Assembly: GCA_038279365.1 (NCBI GenBank) | Contig: JAYODI010000014.1 | Span: 24,274 to 38,497 of the forward strand | DNA from: Candidatus Latescibacterota bacterium | Lineage (GTDB): Bacteria > Latescibacterota > UBA2968 | Length of the DNA stretch: 14,224 bases | Direction: 5' to 3' | Shown: in pieces, positions 1-7,300 of the stretch | Layout: each line of letters starts with the position of its first letter | Numbering within the stretch: position 1 is the first letter of the stretch | Position numbers and translations under genes: made by a program | The notes under the pieces: model-generated | The model's database searches: none | Told to the model about the DNA's origin: nothing | Seen by the model: only the letters and a program-made list of their open reading frames with translations

Positions 1-1082
1 CTATAGGAGAAGACGGGGAGTATGGGTTCGTTGCCAGATTGGGAGGCTTCCACAAATTGTTGGTATGTGCGCGAAGTGCCCGTTTGAGGGATATAGGAAA
101 TGGAAGATTGGCGGGTTTGGACAAAGTTAGAAACCTGAACCCAAATTGGTATGGGAAATGTGTCAGATGGTTTTCTGTTTGAAATGAGATTTTGGGGAAG
201 AGTAAGTGACAGTGTTTGCATTCCTGGGGCCAAGGAATGTGTCATAAGTGAGGTGTTGTTGGTGCCAATGGTCACCTCAAGTGTGCCATTTGTTATGTTG
301 TTGAGTGTGAGGGGTAATTGCCAGTTTGTGCCATCAGAACCAAAGTGTTGGGCGAAGAGAATAAAGTCGGTAAAATTGATCAATCCGTCATTGTTAAAAT
401 CGAAACGAGGTTCAAAATTCACGGAGTCGTTGTTGCTAAAATATTGAACAAAAAGAATAAAATCTGAAAAACCGACTTGGCTGTCACTGTCAAGATCATA
501 TTTCTCGATTGAGGTCTGGATCAAGGTAGGAGGGGCCGTTTCGTAGCTAAATGTTTTGTCAATGGCCACAATTTGATCAATAGACAATTTGGCTGTGGCA
601 TTTGCGCCCGTAATGGTTCGAAATGTAATGTAACGCCTGGCTTGGTCGGGTTCATTGCCCCAGTCGTCGAATAGGGGTTTGGCCAGTTCAATGGTGGCCA
701 ATTGCCATCCTTCAGGCACGCTCTGTCCACTCCAAATGGTGTATACAGCTTCCATTCCGCCAACTAAGGGATAATTGCGAATTTTAATTTTTAAATCTTG
801 TAGACCCGATCCTTCCGCTTTCCACCAAAATGCAAGGGTGTGCTTTTGCGAAATGTCAATGTTTGTGCTTTGGTAGTTGAACGTGAGAAAACCCGTTTGG
901 TTGGTTGGAATATTAAATTGAATGGCTTTTTGCCCTTGTTTGGCATCTAAAACCGTTTGTGCACCATTTCCCCAACCGGTAAGGGTTTCGCATTCTGTAA
1001 GTGTTATGATAGGAGACTGAGCGCAGGCAGGGGGTTGCCAAAAACCCAGAAGGCTTAATAGCAAAATCCAAAGACGAAACAT
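1..1082 (-). CDS. Secreted modular protein, partial (runs off the window): signal peptide + CBM-like beta-sandwich + dockerin-like double EF-hand + probable Ig-like segment
   Basis: Manual translation from ATG at 1082 (GGAG 6 nt upstream) gives 360 codons with no stop: MFRLWILLLSLLGFWQPPACA|QSPIITLTECETLTGW...LAFWWKAEG...GWQLATIEL...YDLDSDSQVGFSDFILFVQYF...FDFNNDGLINFTDFILFAQHFG...GNEPILPVFSY. It is probably absent from the ORF track because no stop codon falls inside the window. Confidence 0.88.
   Translation of the reverse strand, partial: MFRLWILLLSLLGFWQPPACAQSPIITLTECETLTGWGNGAQTVLDAKQGQKAIQFNIPTNQTGFLTFNYQSTNIDISQKHTLAFWWKAEGSGLQDLKIKIRNYPLVGGMEAVYTIWSGQSVPEGWQLATIELAKPLFDDWGNEPDQARRYITFRTITGANATAKLSIDQIVAIDKTFSYETAPPTLIQTSIEKYDLDSDSQVGFSDFILFVQYFSNNDSVNFEPRFDFNNDGLINFTDFILFAQHFGSDGTNWQLPLTLNNITNGTLEVTIGTNNTSLMTHSLAPGMQTLSLTLPQNLISNRKPSDTFPIPIWVQVSNFVQTRQSSISYIPQTGTSRTYQQFVEASQSGNEPILPVFSY
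339..500 (-). repeat. Duplicated Ca2+-binding EF-hand-like segments (dockerin type I-like) inside the minus-strand CDS
   Basis: Two copies of the pattern D-x-[DN]-x-D-x-x-[VI]-x-F-x-D-F-I-L-F: YDLDSDSQVGFSDFILFVQYF and FDFNNDGLINFTDFILFAQHFG. Confidence 0.85.
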
Positions 1083-1194
1083 AAGTAACTCCAGGGGGGA
1101 ATGGCTGTTGTGATTTTTTAACAAATATAGCTGGTTATCCAATTGAAAACGAGTTCTTTGTCATTGCAAGAATGTAAGAATTGCAGTTCTTTGT

Positions 1195-1248
1195 TGCCAA
1201 TTTAGCAGTGCGCGTGAAAGAAATTCATTTTTGGTGTCATAATGGCAC
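1195..1248. promoter_or_regulatory. Two imperfect palindromes, candidate upstream activator (bEBP) sites
   Basis: TGCCA-ATT-TAGCA (1195-1207) and GTGTCAT-A-ATGGCAC (1234-1248) share the layout TGYCA-N3-TRGCA. Their centres are 40 bp apart, at about -184 and -144 from the predicted sigma54 start site. Confidence 0.5.
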
Positions 1249-1302
1249 AGTGCAAGTTTGGCTTGATGTTTTGGATACGAAATACACGGATCGCCAAACT
1301 TG

Positions 1303-1315
1303 TAACAAGATGTTG
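1303..1315 (+). promoter_or_regulatory. Possible IHF site
   Basis: TAACAAGATGTTG has one mismatch to WATCAANNNNTTR. It lies between the candidate activator sites and the -24/-12 element, next to an AT-rich tract. Confidence 0.3.
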
Positions 1316-1358
1316 TTTTTTATTGATTTATATTTTTGTGTAAAAGGGATTGCATTGC

Positions 1359-1373
1359 TGGCACACGCATTGC
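1359..1373 (+). promoter_or_regulatory. sigma54 (RpoN) -24/-12 promoter of the hsp20-dnaJ-clpB operon
   Basis: TGGCACACGCATTGC matches TGGCAC-N5-TTGC with exact GG...GC spacing. The predicted start is about 1385, some 55 nt before the hsp20 ATG. Confidence 0.75.
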
Positions 1374-1440
1374 GATAGGTTTGGGTGTCAGGCAACAAAT
1401 AAAAATACAAACCAAAAACTTAAATATAAGGAGGTTTATT

Positions 1441-1875
1441 ATGGCACTCATTCGTTGGCAACCCCGTGACACGTTCGCAGTGAATCGTGAGATTGACAAT
1501 TTGGTCAACCAATTTTGGGGCGATTATGCAAACCGAAATGGTCAAGGATGGTATCCCAAAGTAGATATTGAAGAGCATGAAGGCAATTTTGTATTAAATG
1601 CAGAATTGCCAGGTTTGAATCGCGAAGATATTCAAGTGGCCTTAGAAGACGGTGTGTTGACAGTGTCGGGTGAACGCAAATTGCAAGAAGAAAAAGAAGG
1701 TAAAAATTATCTTCATCGTGAAAGGGCTTATGGCCGTTTCACACGTTCATTCCAAATGGGAAAAAATGTACAGGCTGACAAAATCTCCGCAACCTATAAA
1801 GATGGTGTGTTGCGCATTACGTTGCCCAAGGCAGAAGAAGTCAAACCCCGTCAAATAGAAGTAACGGTTTCATAA
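1441..1875 (+). CDS. Hsp20/alpha-crystallin family small heat shock protein (144 aa)
   Basis: The start is reassigned to ATG 1441 behind AGGAGG (1429-1434). Alpha-crystallin motifs are present: PKVDIEE, AELPG, LTVSGER, ERAYGRFTRSF, ATYKDGVLRITLPK, and a C-terminal IEV (IxI/V) motif. Confidence 0.97.
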   Translation: MALIRWQPRDTFAVNREIDNLVNQFWGDYANRNGQGWYPKVDIEEHEGNFVLNAELPGLNREDIQVALEDGVLTVSGERKLQEEKEGKNYLHRERAYGRFTRSFQMGKNVQADKISATYKDGVLRITLPKAEEVKPRQIEVTVS

Positions 1876-1895
1876 GTTTGTCAGTATAATTTGTT

Positions 1896-1928
1896 TTGGG
1901 CCATCTCGCATTGGGCGAGGTGGCCCAA
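1896..1928 (+). terminator. GC-rich hairpin between hsp20 and dnaJ (partial terminator or 3' stabiliser)
   Basis: TTGGGCCATCTCGC-ATTGG-GCGAGGTGGCCCAA forms a 14-bp stem with one G.U pair, followed by only an interrupted T tract (CTTATGTCTTTT). Confidence 0.6.
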
Positions 1929-1958
1929 CTTATGTCTTTTGAAAGGAGGTGGTGACTG

Positions 1959-2870
1959 ATGGAATTTAAAGACTATTATAACATTTTGGGCGTTACCAAA
2001 ACGGCGACCCAAGATGATATCCAAAAGGCTTATCGAAAGTTGGCTAAAAAATATCATCCCGATAAAAACAAAGACAATGGATCTGAAAACAAATTTAAAG
2101 AAATTGGCGAAGCGTATGATGTGCTCAAAGACCCAGAAAAACGGGCAAAATATGATCGATATGGTTCCGCATGGAAGGCCGCAGCAAACGGTCATCAGGC
2201 ACCGCCAGGGTTTGATGGGATTCGGTTTGAGTTTAATGGCAACGGTTTTGGAAAAAATGAAAGTTTTTTTGATATTCTGGAACACATGTTTGGCCACGGA
2301 ACGGGTGGGCATGGATTTGCTGGATTTGGTCAGCGAACCCGGCAGACAAACGGTGAAGATGTAGAAGCACGTTTGTCGCTCACGCTTGAAGATGCGATGC
2401 GTGGTGGCAAGCAAACCGTTTCGCTAAGAGATCCACAAACGGGTCGTCAAAAATCTTATACGGTTCATATTCCTGCCGGTGTCACCTCTGGGAAGCGGAT
2501 CCGTTTGGCTGGTCAAGGCCGAGAAGGCATCGGAAATGGCAAACCCGGAGATCTTTACCTTGTGGTTGATTTGGTTGACCATGCCAAATACGAAGTTAAA
2601 GGAAATCAGGTCTATACGACATTGGATGTTTTGCCCCACCAAGCAGCGTTGGGCGATAAAGTTATTGTAGATACACCCGAAGGCCAGGTGCGTATCAATA
2701 TTCCACCCCGGTCAAGCTCTGGACAAAAAATAAGGCTTAAAGGTCGTGGGCTTGGAGATGTTGGCGATCTTTATGTTGAAATTAGAATTGTGATGCCTAA
2801 AACTTTATCGGCACGCGAACAAGAACTTTATGAGCAGTTGGCCCAGGAGGCTGGTGTATCTGTTTCGTAA
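1959..2870 (+). CDS. Class B J-domain protein (CbpA-like DnaJ: J domain, G/F region, DnaJ_C, no zinc finger)
   Basis: MEFKDYY start, HPD motif, [15 protein letters not shown], a G/F-rich linker, and the C-terminal motifs IPAGV, IRLAGQG, GDLYL and RLKGRG. There are no CxxCxGxG repeats. RBS AAAGGAGGT at 1942-1950. Confidence 0.95.
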   Translation: MEFKDYYNILGVTKTATQDDIQKAYRKLAKKYHPDKNKDNGSENKFKEIGEAYDVLKDPEKRAKYDRYGSAWKAAANGHQAPPGFDGIRFEFNGNGFGKNESFFDILEHMFGHGTGGHGFAGFGQRTRQTNGEDVEARLSLTLEDAMRGGKQTVSLRDPQTGRQKSYTVHIPAGVTSGKRIRLAGQGREGIGNGKPGDLYLVVDLVDHAKYEVKGNQVYTTLDVLPHQAALGDKVIVDTPEGQVRINIPPRSSSGQKIRLKGRGLGDVGDLYVEIRIVMPKTLSAREQELYEQLAQEAGVSVS

Positions 2871-2922
2871 ACGGGATTTAAAAGAAAAAACGATTGGTGG
2901 TCTACTTAAAGGAGGACGCCCA

Positions 2923-5553
2923 ATGGATATGAACAAGTTAACGCATAAATCGCAAGAAGCCTTACAAGCGGCTCAGACCAAAGCTTTGCGATTTGGTCAT
3001 CAAGAAGTAGATGGGGAACATTTGCTGGTGTGTTTGTTGGAGCAAGCAGACGGTATTTTGCCACGAATTTTACAAAAAATGGATGTCAACGCAGAAGCCT
3101 TAAAACAAGCTGTTGAATCTGAATTGTCTCGAAAACCCAAAGTGTCGGGTTCGGGTGTGGAGCAAGGAAAGTTTTATGTGACACAGCGATTTCAAACGGT
3201 TTTTGTTAACGCAGAAGAAGAAGCAAAACGCTTAAAGGATGAATACGTTTCCATAGAACATTTGGTTTTGGCATTGATTGATGAAGGGAACAAAACATCT
3301 GCTGGACGGATTTTGAAACAATTTCAGGTTACTCGGGAAAGGTTTTTGGCTGTGTTGACCCAAATTCGTGGCAACCAACGTGTAACCAGTGCCACGCCTG
3401 AAAGTGCTTATGAAGCTTTGGAAAAATACGGCATTGATTTGGTTGCTGAAGCACGAAAAGGCAAGTTAGATCCTGTTATTGGTCGCGATGATGAAATTCG
3501 GCGCGTAATTCGCATATTGTCGCGCAAAACGAAGAACAATCCTGTGCTGATTGGTGAACCTGGTGTGGGTAAAACGGCTATTGTTGAAGGTCTTGCCCAA
3601 CGCATTGTACGTGGCGATGTGCCCGAATGGATTAAAGATCGTTCTGTGTTTTCCCTTGATATGGGGGCTCTGATGGCTGGGGCAAAATATCGAGGGGAAT
3701 TTGAAGAGCGTTTAAAAGCTGTCTTAAACGAAATTAAAAGCAGTGACGGACGCATTTTGCTCTTTATTGATGAAGTTCACACCATTGTTGGTGCAGGCAA
3801 AACGGAAGGTTCAACAGATGCTGGCAATATGTTAAAGCCTATGTTGGCACGTGGTGAATTGCACTGTATTGGGGCTACAACATTGGATGAGCATCGAAAA
3901 TACATTGAAAAAGATGCCGCTTTAGAACGACGGTTCCAACCTGTCATGGTGGATGCGCCAACCGTAGAAGATTCGGTGTCTATTTTGCGCGGTTTGCGCG
4001 AGCGTTTTGAAGTGCATCATGGGGTGCGCATTCAGGACAATGCATTGGTTCATGCGGTGACTTTGTCTGATCGCTACATCTCAGATCGTTTTTTGCCCGA
4101 TAAGGCCATTGATTTGGTAGATGAAGCCTGTGCCATGGTGCGCACGGAAATTGATTCGATGCCTGCCGAATTGGACGCAGTTACCCGACGGGTGATGCAA
4201 TTGGAAATAGAAGAGGCAGCTCTTAAAAAGGAAAAAGACAAGTCGAGTAAAGAACGGCTTGAAAATTTGCAAAAAGAATTGGTAGACTTAAAATCTCAAG
4301 CCGGTGCGATGCGTACACAGTGGGAAGCCGAAAAGGACGTGTTGGACTCTGTACGGGGTTTGCGTGAAGAAATAGAGCACGTAAAGTATGAAATAGAGCA
4401 AGCAGAACGCCAATATGACCTAAACCGAGCAGCCGAGCTCAAGCATGGCCGTTTGCCAGAGTTAGAACGCAAATTGGCACAAAGTGAGGGCCCTCAAATA
4501 AGCGACAATCGTTTGCTTCGTGAAGAAGTGACCGAAGATGAAATCGCCGATATTGTTTCGCGCTGGACAGGTATTCCTGTGGCGCGTTTGGTAGAAGGCG
4601 AGCGTGAAAAACTGTTGCGTTTAGACGATATTTTGCACGAACGGGTTATTGGTCAACACGAGGCCGTGAACTTGGTTGCCGATGCTGTGATTCGGGCGCG
4701 TGCGGGCATCAAAGACCCCCGCCGTCCTATCGGTTCGTTTATCTTTTTGGGACCCACAGGGGTGGGAAAAACGGAGTTGGCACGCACACTTGCCCAGGCT
4801 TTGTTTGATAGCGAAGACAATATGATTCGCATAGACATGAGTGAGTATATGGAAAAGCATACGGTGTCTCGCCTCATAGGTGCCCCTCCTGGGTATATCG
4901 GATTTGATGAAGGCGGGCAATTGACCGAAGCGGTGCGTCGAAAGCCTTATTCGGTGATCTTGTTTGATGAGATTGAAAAAGCCCATCCAGATGTATTTAA
5001 CGTATTGTTGCAGTTGCTCGATGATGGTCGTTTGACAGATTCTCAAGGGCATACGGTTGACTTCAAAAACACCGTGGTCATCATGACGTCTAATATTGGT
5101 TCACCTTTCTTGTTGGATGGTGTTACGCCAGAAGGTGATATCCAAGAATCTGCCCGGCAGGCCGTAATGCGGGAAATGCGGCAGCAATTTAGGCCTGAGT
5201 TTTTGAATCGCGTAGATGATATTGTGATGTTTAAACCGTTGGTGATGGACGAAATTGTACAGATTGTCGATTTGTTGGCGGCTGATCTAAGTCATCGGTT
5301 GGCTGAGCGACGGATCCAATTGACTTTGTCAAATGAAGTCAAAGAATATGTGGCAAAGGAAGGATTTGACCCTGTTTATGGGGCGCGCCCACTGAAGCGG
5401 TTTATTCAACGCGAGTTGGAAACGCGCATTGGACGGGCGTTAATTGGGGGAGAAATCTTGGAAGGCGCCCACATATTTGTTGAAATAGCAGATGGCGAAA
5501 TTCGGGTAAGCCATCAAAATGCAAAAGTAGAAAACCTAAAAGAAGTGGCATAA
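2923..5553 (+). CDS. clpB: ATP-dependent disaggregase ClpB (876 aa)
   Basis: The start is reassigned to ATG 2923 behind AAAGGAGG (2908-2915). It has Clp N repeats, NBD1 ([28 protein letters not shown]), a long coiled-coil M domain ([12 protein letters not shown]) and NBD2 ([33 protein letters not shown]). Confidence 0.98.
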   Translation: MDMNKLTHKSQEALQAAQTKALRFGHQEVDGEHLLVCLLEQADGILPRILQKMDVNAEALKQAVESELSRKPKVSGSGVEQGKFYVTQRFQTVFVNAEEEAKRLKDEYVSIEHLVLALIDEGNKTSAGRILKQFQVTRERFLAVLTQIRGNQRVTSATPESAYEALEKYGIDLVAEARKGKLDPVIGRDDEIRRVIRILSRKTKNNPVLIGEPGVGKTAIVEGLAQRIVRGDVPEWIKDRSVFSLDMGALMAGAKYRGEFEERLKAVLNEIKSSDGRILLFIDEVHTIVGAGKTEGSTDAGNMLKPMLARGELHCIGATTLDEHRKYIEKDAALERRFQPVMVDAPTVEDSVSILRGLRERFEVHHGVRIQDNALVHAVTLSDRYISDRFLPDKAIDLVDEACAMVRTEIDSMPAELDAVTRRVMQLEIEEAALKKEKDKSSKERLENLQKELVDLKSQAGAMRTQWEAEKDVLDSVRGLREEIEHVKYEIEQAERQYDLNRAAELKHGRLPELERKLAQSEGPQISDNRLLREEVTEDEIADIVSRWTGIPVARLVEGEREKLLRLDDILHERVIGQHEAVNLVADAVIRARAGIKDPRRPIGSFIFLGPTGVGKTELARTLAQALFDSEDNMIRIDMSEYMEKHTVSRLIGAPPGYIGFDEGGQLTEAVRRKPYSVILFDEIEKAHPDVFNVLLQLLDDGRLTDSQGHTVDFKNTVVIMTSNIGSPFLLDGVTPEGDIQESARQAVMREMRQQFRPEFLNRVDDIVMFKPLVMDEIVQIVDLLAADLSHRLAERRIQLTLSNEVKEYVAKEGFDPVYGARPLKRFIQRELETRIGRALIGGEILEGAHIFVEIADGEIRVSHQNAKVENLKEVA

Positions 5554-5689
5554 TTTATAAAATGTTTTTTAACGCTCATAATTTGTAAACCCATCACTTT
5601 TAAAGGTGAGCTGGTATAACAAAGCTTCACCCCAAATAGGTGGTTAACGGGCAGTTGGTACAATATACGACTGCAACAATTTATGAACC

Positions 5690-5731
5690 AAACAGGCAGT
5701 GATCTCATCATGAGACCACTGCCTGTTTTTT
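5690..5731 (+). terminator. Rho-independent terminator downstream of clpB
   Basis: AAACAGGCAGTG-A-TCTCA-TCA-TGAGA-C-CACTGCCTGTTT is a long stem with one mismatch that ends in a run of 6 T (5726-5731). Confidence 0.85.
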
Positions 5732-5758
5732 ATTCCAATGGCATATAAAAGAAAGCAT

Positions 5759-5787
5759 TTGATCAGCCTATGACCCCATTGTATCTT
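5759..5787 (+). promoter_or_regulatory. Candidate sigma70-type promoter for the pyk operon
   Basis: TTGATC-N17-TATCTT lies just after the terminator and before the RBS AGGAGGT (5804-5810). Confidence 0.45.
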
Positions 5788-5813
5788 CTTTATCAAGCCT
5801 ACGAGGAGGTATT

Positions 5814-7238
5814 ATGAAAAAAGCAAAGATTGTGAGCACTTTGGGACCCGCCAGTTCTTCTGAAGAGATGTTGGAACAACTTATTGCGGCGGGGGTAGAT
5901 GTTTTTCGGCTCAATTTTTCGCATGGCACACAAGACGAACATTCAGAGCTGGTAAGCCGAATTAGGGCTGTTGCGCGTAAAATGAGTCGCCCTGTGGCCA
6001 TTTTGCAAGACTTGCAAGGCCCTAAAATAAGGGTGGGAAAGTTGGTAAAAGAACCCATTTTATTGGAAGCCGGAGCGCGTTTAACCATTACCACACGGGA
6101 TGTTCCAGGTGACAGCACATGTGTTCCCACTACTTATGAGGGCTTGCCCCGCGATGTAAAACCTGCAGATCGGGTCTTGCTTGATGATGGCAATATTGAG
6201 TTGGTGGTTCGTGAGGTTTATGGAACGGACGTCGTTTGTGAAGTGGTGGTAGGTGGCGATCTCAAATCAAATAAAGGTATTAATCTGCCGGGGGTAAGGG
6301 TGAGTGCCCCTTCGCTTACAACCAAAGATCGCGCTGATTTGGAATTGGGTATTGCGCTGGATGTCGATTTTATTGCATTGTCTTTTGTGCGAGAACCCGA
6401 TGATGTAAGAGAAGTTCAACACATCATATCTCAAGCTGGCAAAGATATTCCTGTTATTGCAAAGTTAGAACGGGGTGAGGCCGTAGATCGTTTAGAAGAA
6501 ATTTTAGAAGTCGCAGGTGGAGTGATGGTTGCACGAGGAGACTTGGGGGTAGAGGTGTCGCCAGAAGAAGTGCCTGTGCTTCAAAAGAAAATCATATCTG
6601 CGGCCAATCAGGCGGGTGTTTTGGTCATTACGGCAACGCAAATGTTGGAGTCTATGACTGATAATCCACGCCCAACACGTGCAGAAGCTTCGGATGTGGC
6701 CAATGCCATTTTTGATGGCACTGATGCCGTGATGTTGTCTGGGGAGACAGCCGTGGGCAAATATCCTGTTCGCACCGTTCAAATGATGGTGCGTATTATA
6801 GAAACTGCTGAAGCGAGTATGAAATATGATATGCCCATTTTGAGTTCGCACCGATCAGATGGTTCGCTGTCATTTCCAGATGCCATTGGACAAGCTGCTG
6901 CTGCCGTTTCTGCTGGTGTTTCGACAAAGGCCATTGTGGCTTTTACCCAATCGGGGTCTACTGCGCGGTTGATTTCTAAGCGGCGTCCTCGCACGCCCAT
7001 TGTTGCATTTACGCCCAGTGAGCGAATTTGGCGACAGCTGTGTTTGTGTTGGGGAACGGAATCTCGGCTTATTGCCCAAATTGAACAAACAGATCGTATG
7101 GTTTCTGAAGTGGAAGCGCGTTTGTTGTTGGAAGGCAGTGTGCGGGTAGGCGATACCCTTGTGATTTTGGCAGGAGCACCCATTACAGCCAAAGCGGAAA
7201 CAAATTTGCTCAAATTGCATCGGGTGGGTGAACGTTAA
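5814..7238 (+). CDS. pyk: Pyruvate kinase (474 aa), K+-independent signature
   Basis: Motifs KIVSTLGP, RLNFSHG, DLQGPKIR, KGINLPG, VIAKLE, MVARGDLGVE, TATQMLESM, PTRAEASDVANA and MLSGETA; strong RBS. Confidence 0.98.
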   Translation: MKKAKIVSTLGPASSSEEMLEQLIAAGVDVFRLNFSHGTQDEHSELVSRIRAVARKMSRPVAILQDLQGPKIRVGKLVKEPILLEAGARLTITTRDVPGDSTCVPTTYEGLPRDVKPADRVLLDDGNIELVVREVYGTDVVCEVVVGGDLKSNKGINLPGVRVSAPSLTTKDRADLELGIALDVDFIALSFVREPDDVREVQHIISQAGKDIPVIAKLERGEAVDRLEEILEVAGGVMVARGDLGVEVSPEEVPVLQKKIISAANQAGVLVITATQMLESMTDNPRPTRAEASDVANAIFDGTDAVMLSGETAVGKYPVRTVQMMVRIIETAEASMKYDMPILSSHRSDGSLSFPDAIGQAAAAVSAGVSTKAIVAFTQSGSTARLISKRRPRTPIVAFTPSERIWRQLCLCWGTESRLIAQIEQTDRMVSEVEARLLLEGSVRVGDTLVILAGAPITAKAETNLLKLHRVGER

Positions 7239-7300
7239 TATGTAATGGTGTTGGAAATGGTCTGGTTTTTGGATCTGTGCGTGGGATCGGTGAGGCATTT

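Noticed and set aside
151-763. Track ORFs 151..447 (+) and 521..763 (-)
   Set aside because: They are shadow frames of the longer minus-strand CDS starting at 1082, which has an RBS, a signal peptide and recognisable motifs.
1201-1230. CIRCE-like half site TTAGCAGTG
   Set aside because: It has mismatches and no matching right half at 9-nt spacing.
1243-1257. Second TGGCAC as another sigma54 promoter
   Set aside because: There is no TTGC at the required spacing (TGGCACAGTGCAAGT); it is better explained as a palindrome half.
1336-1440. N-terminal extension of Hsp20 (179-aa version)
   Set aside because: It overlaps the sigma54 element and has no RBS, whereas ATG 1441 has AGGAGG and gives a typical sHSP N-terminus.
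1385-1440. ROSE or fourU RNA thermometer in the hsp20 5' UTR
   Set aside because: The leader is very A-rich with no strand able to pair stably with AGGAGG.
2830-2922. Extended ClpB start overlapping dnaJ
   Set aside because: ATG 2923 has AAAGGAGG at 7-nt spacing and gives the standard MDMNKLT start.
5595-5690. M-box (ykoK) riboswitch or tRNA remnant
   Set aside because: Only AGGTGAG and the D-loop-like AGYTGGTA resemble them. The other M-box motifs, a cloverleaf and a TTCGA T-loop are absent.
5602-5731. Degenerate CRISPR mini-array
   Set aside because: The units are only loosely similar, the 44-45 nt period is too short for repeat plus spacer, and no cas genes are in the window.
5683-5748. 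21-codon ORF MNQTGSDLIMRPLPVFYSNGI as a leader peptide
   Set aside because: It has no RBS and runs through the terminator.
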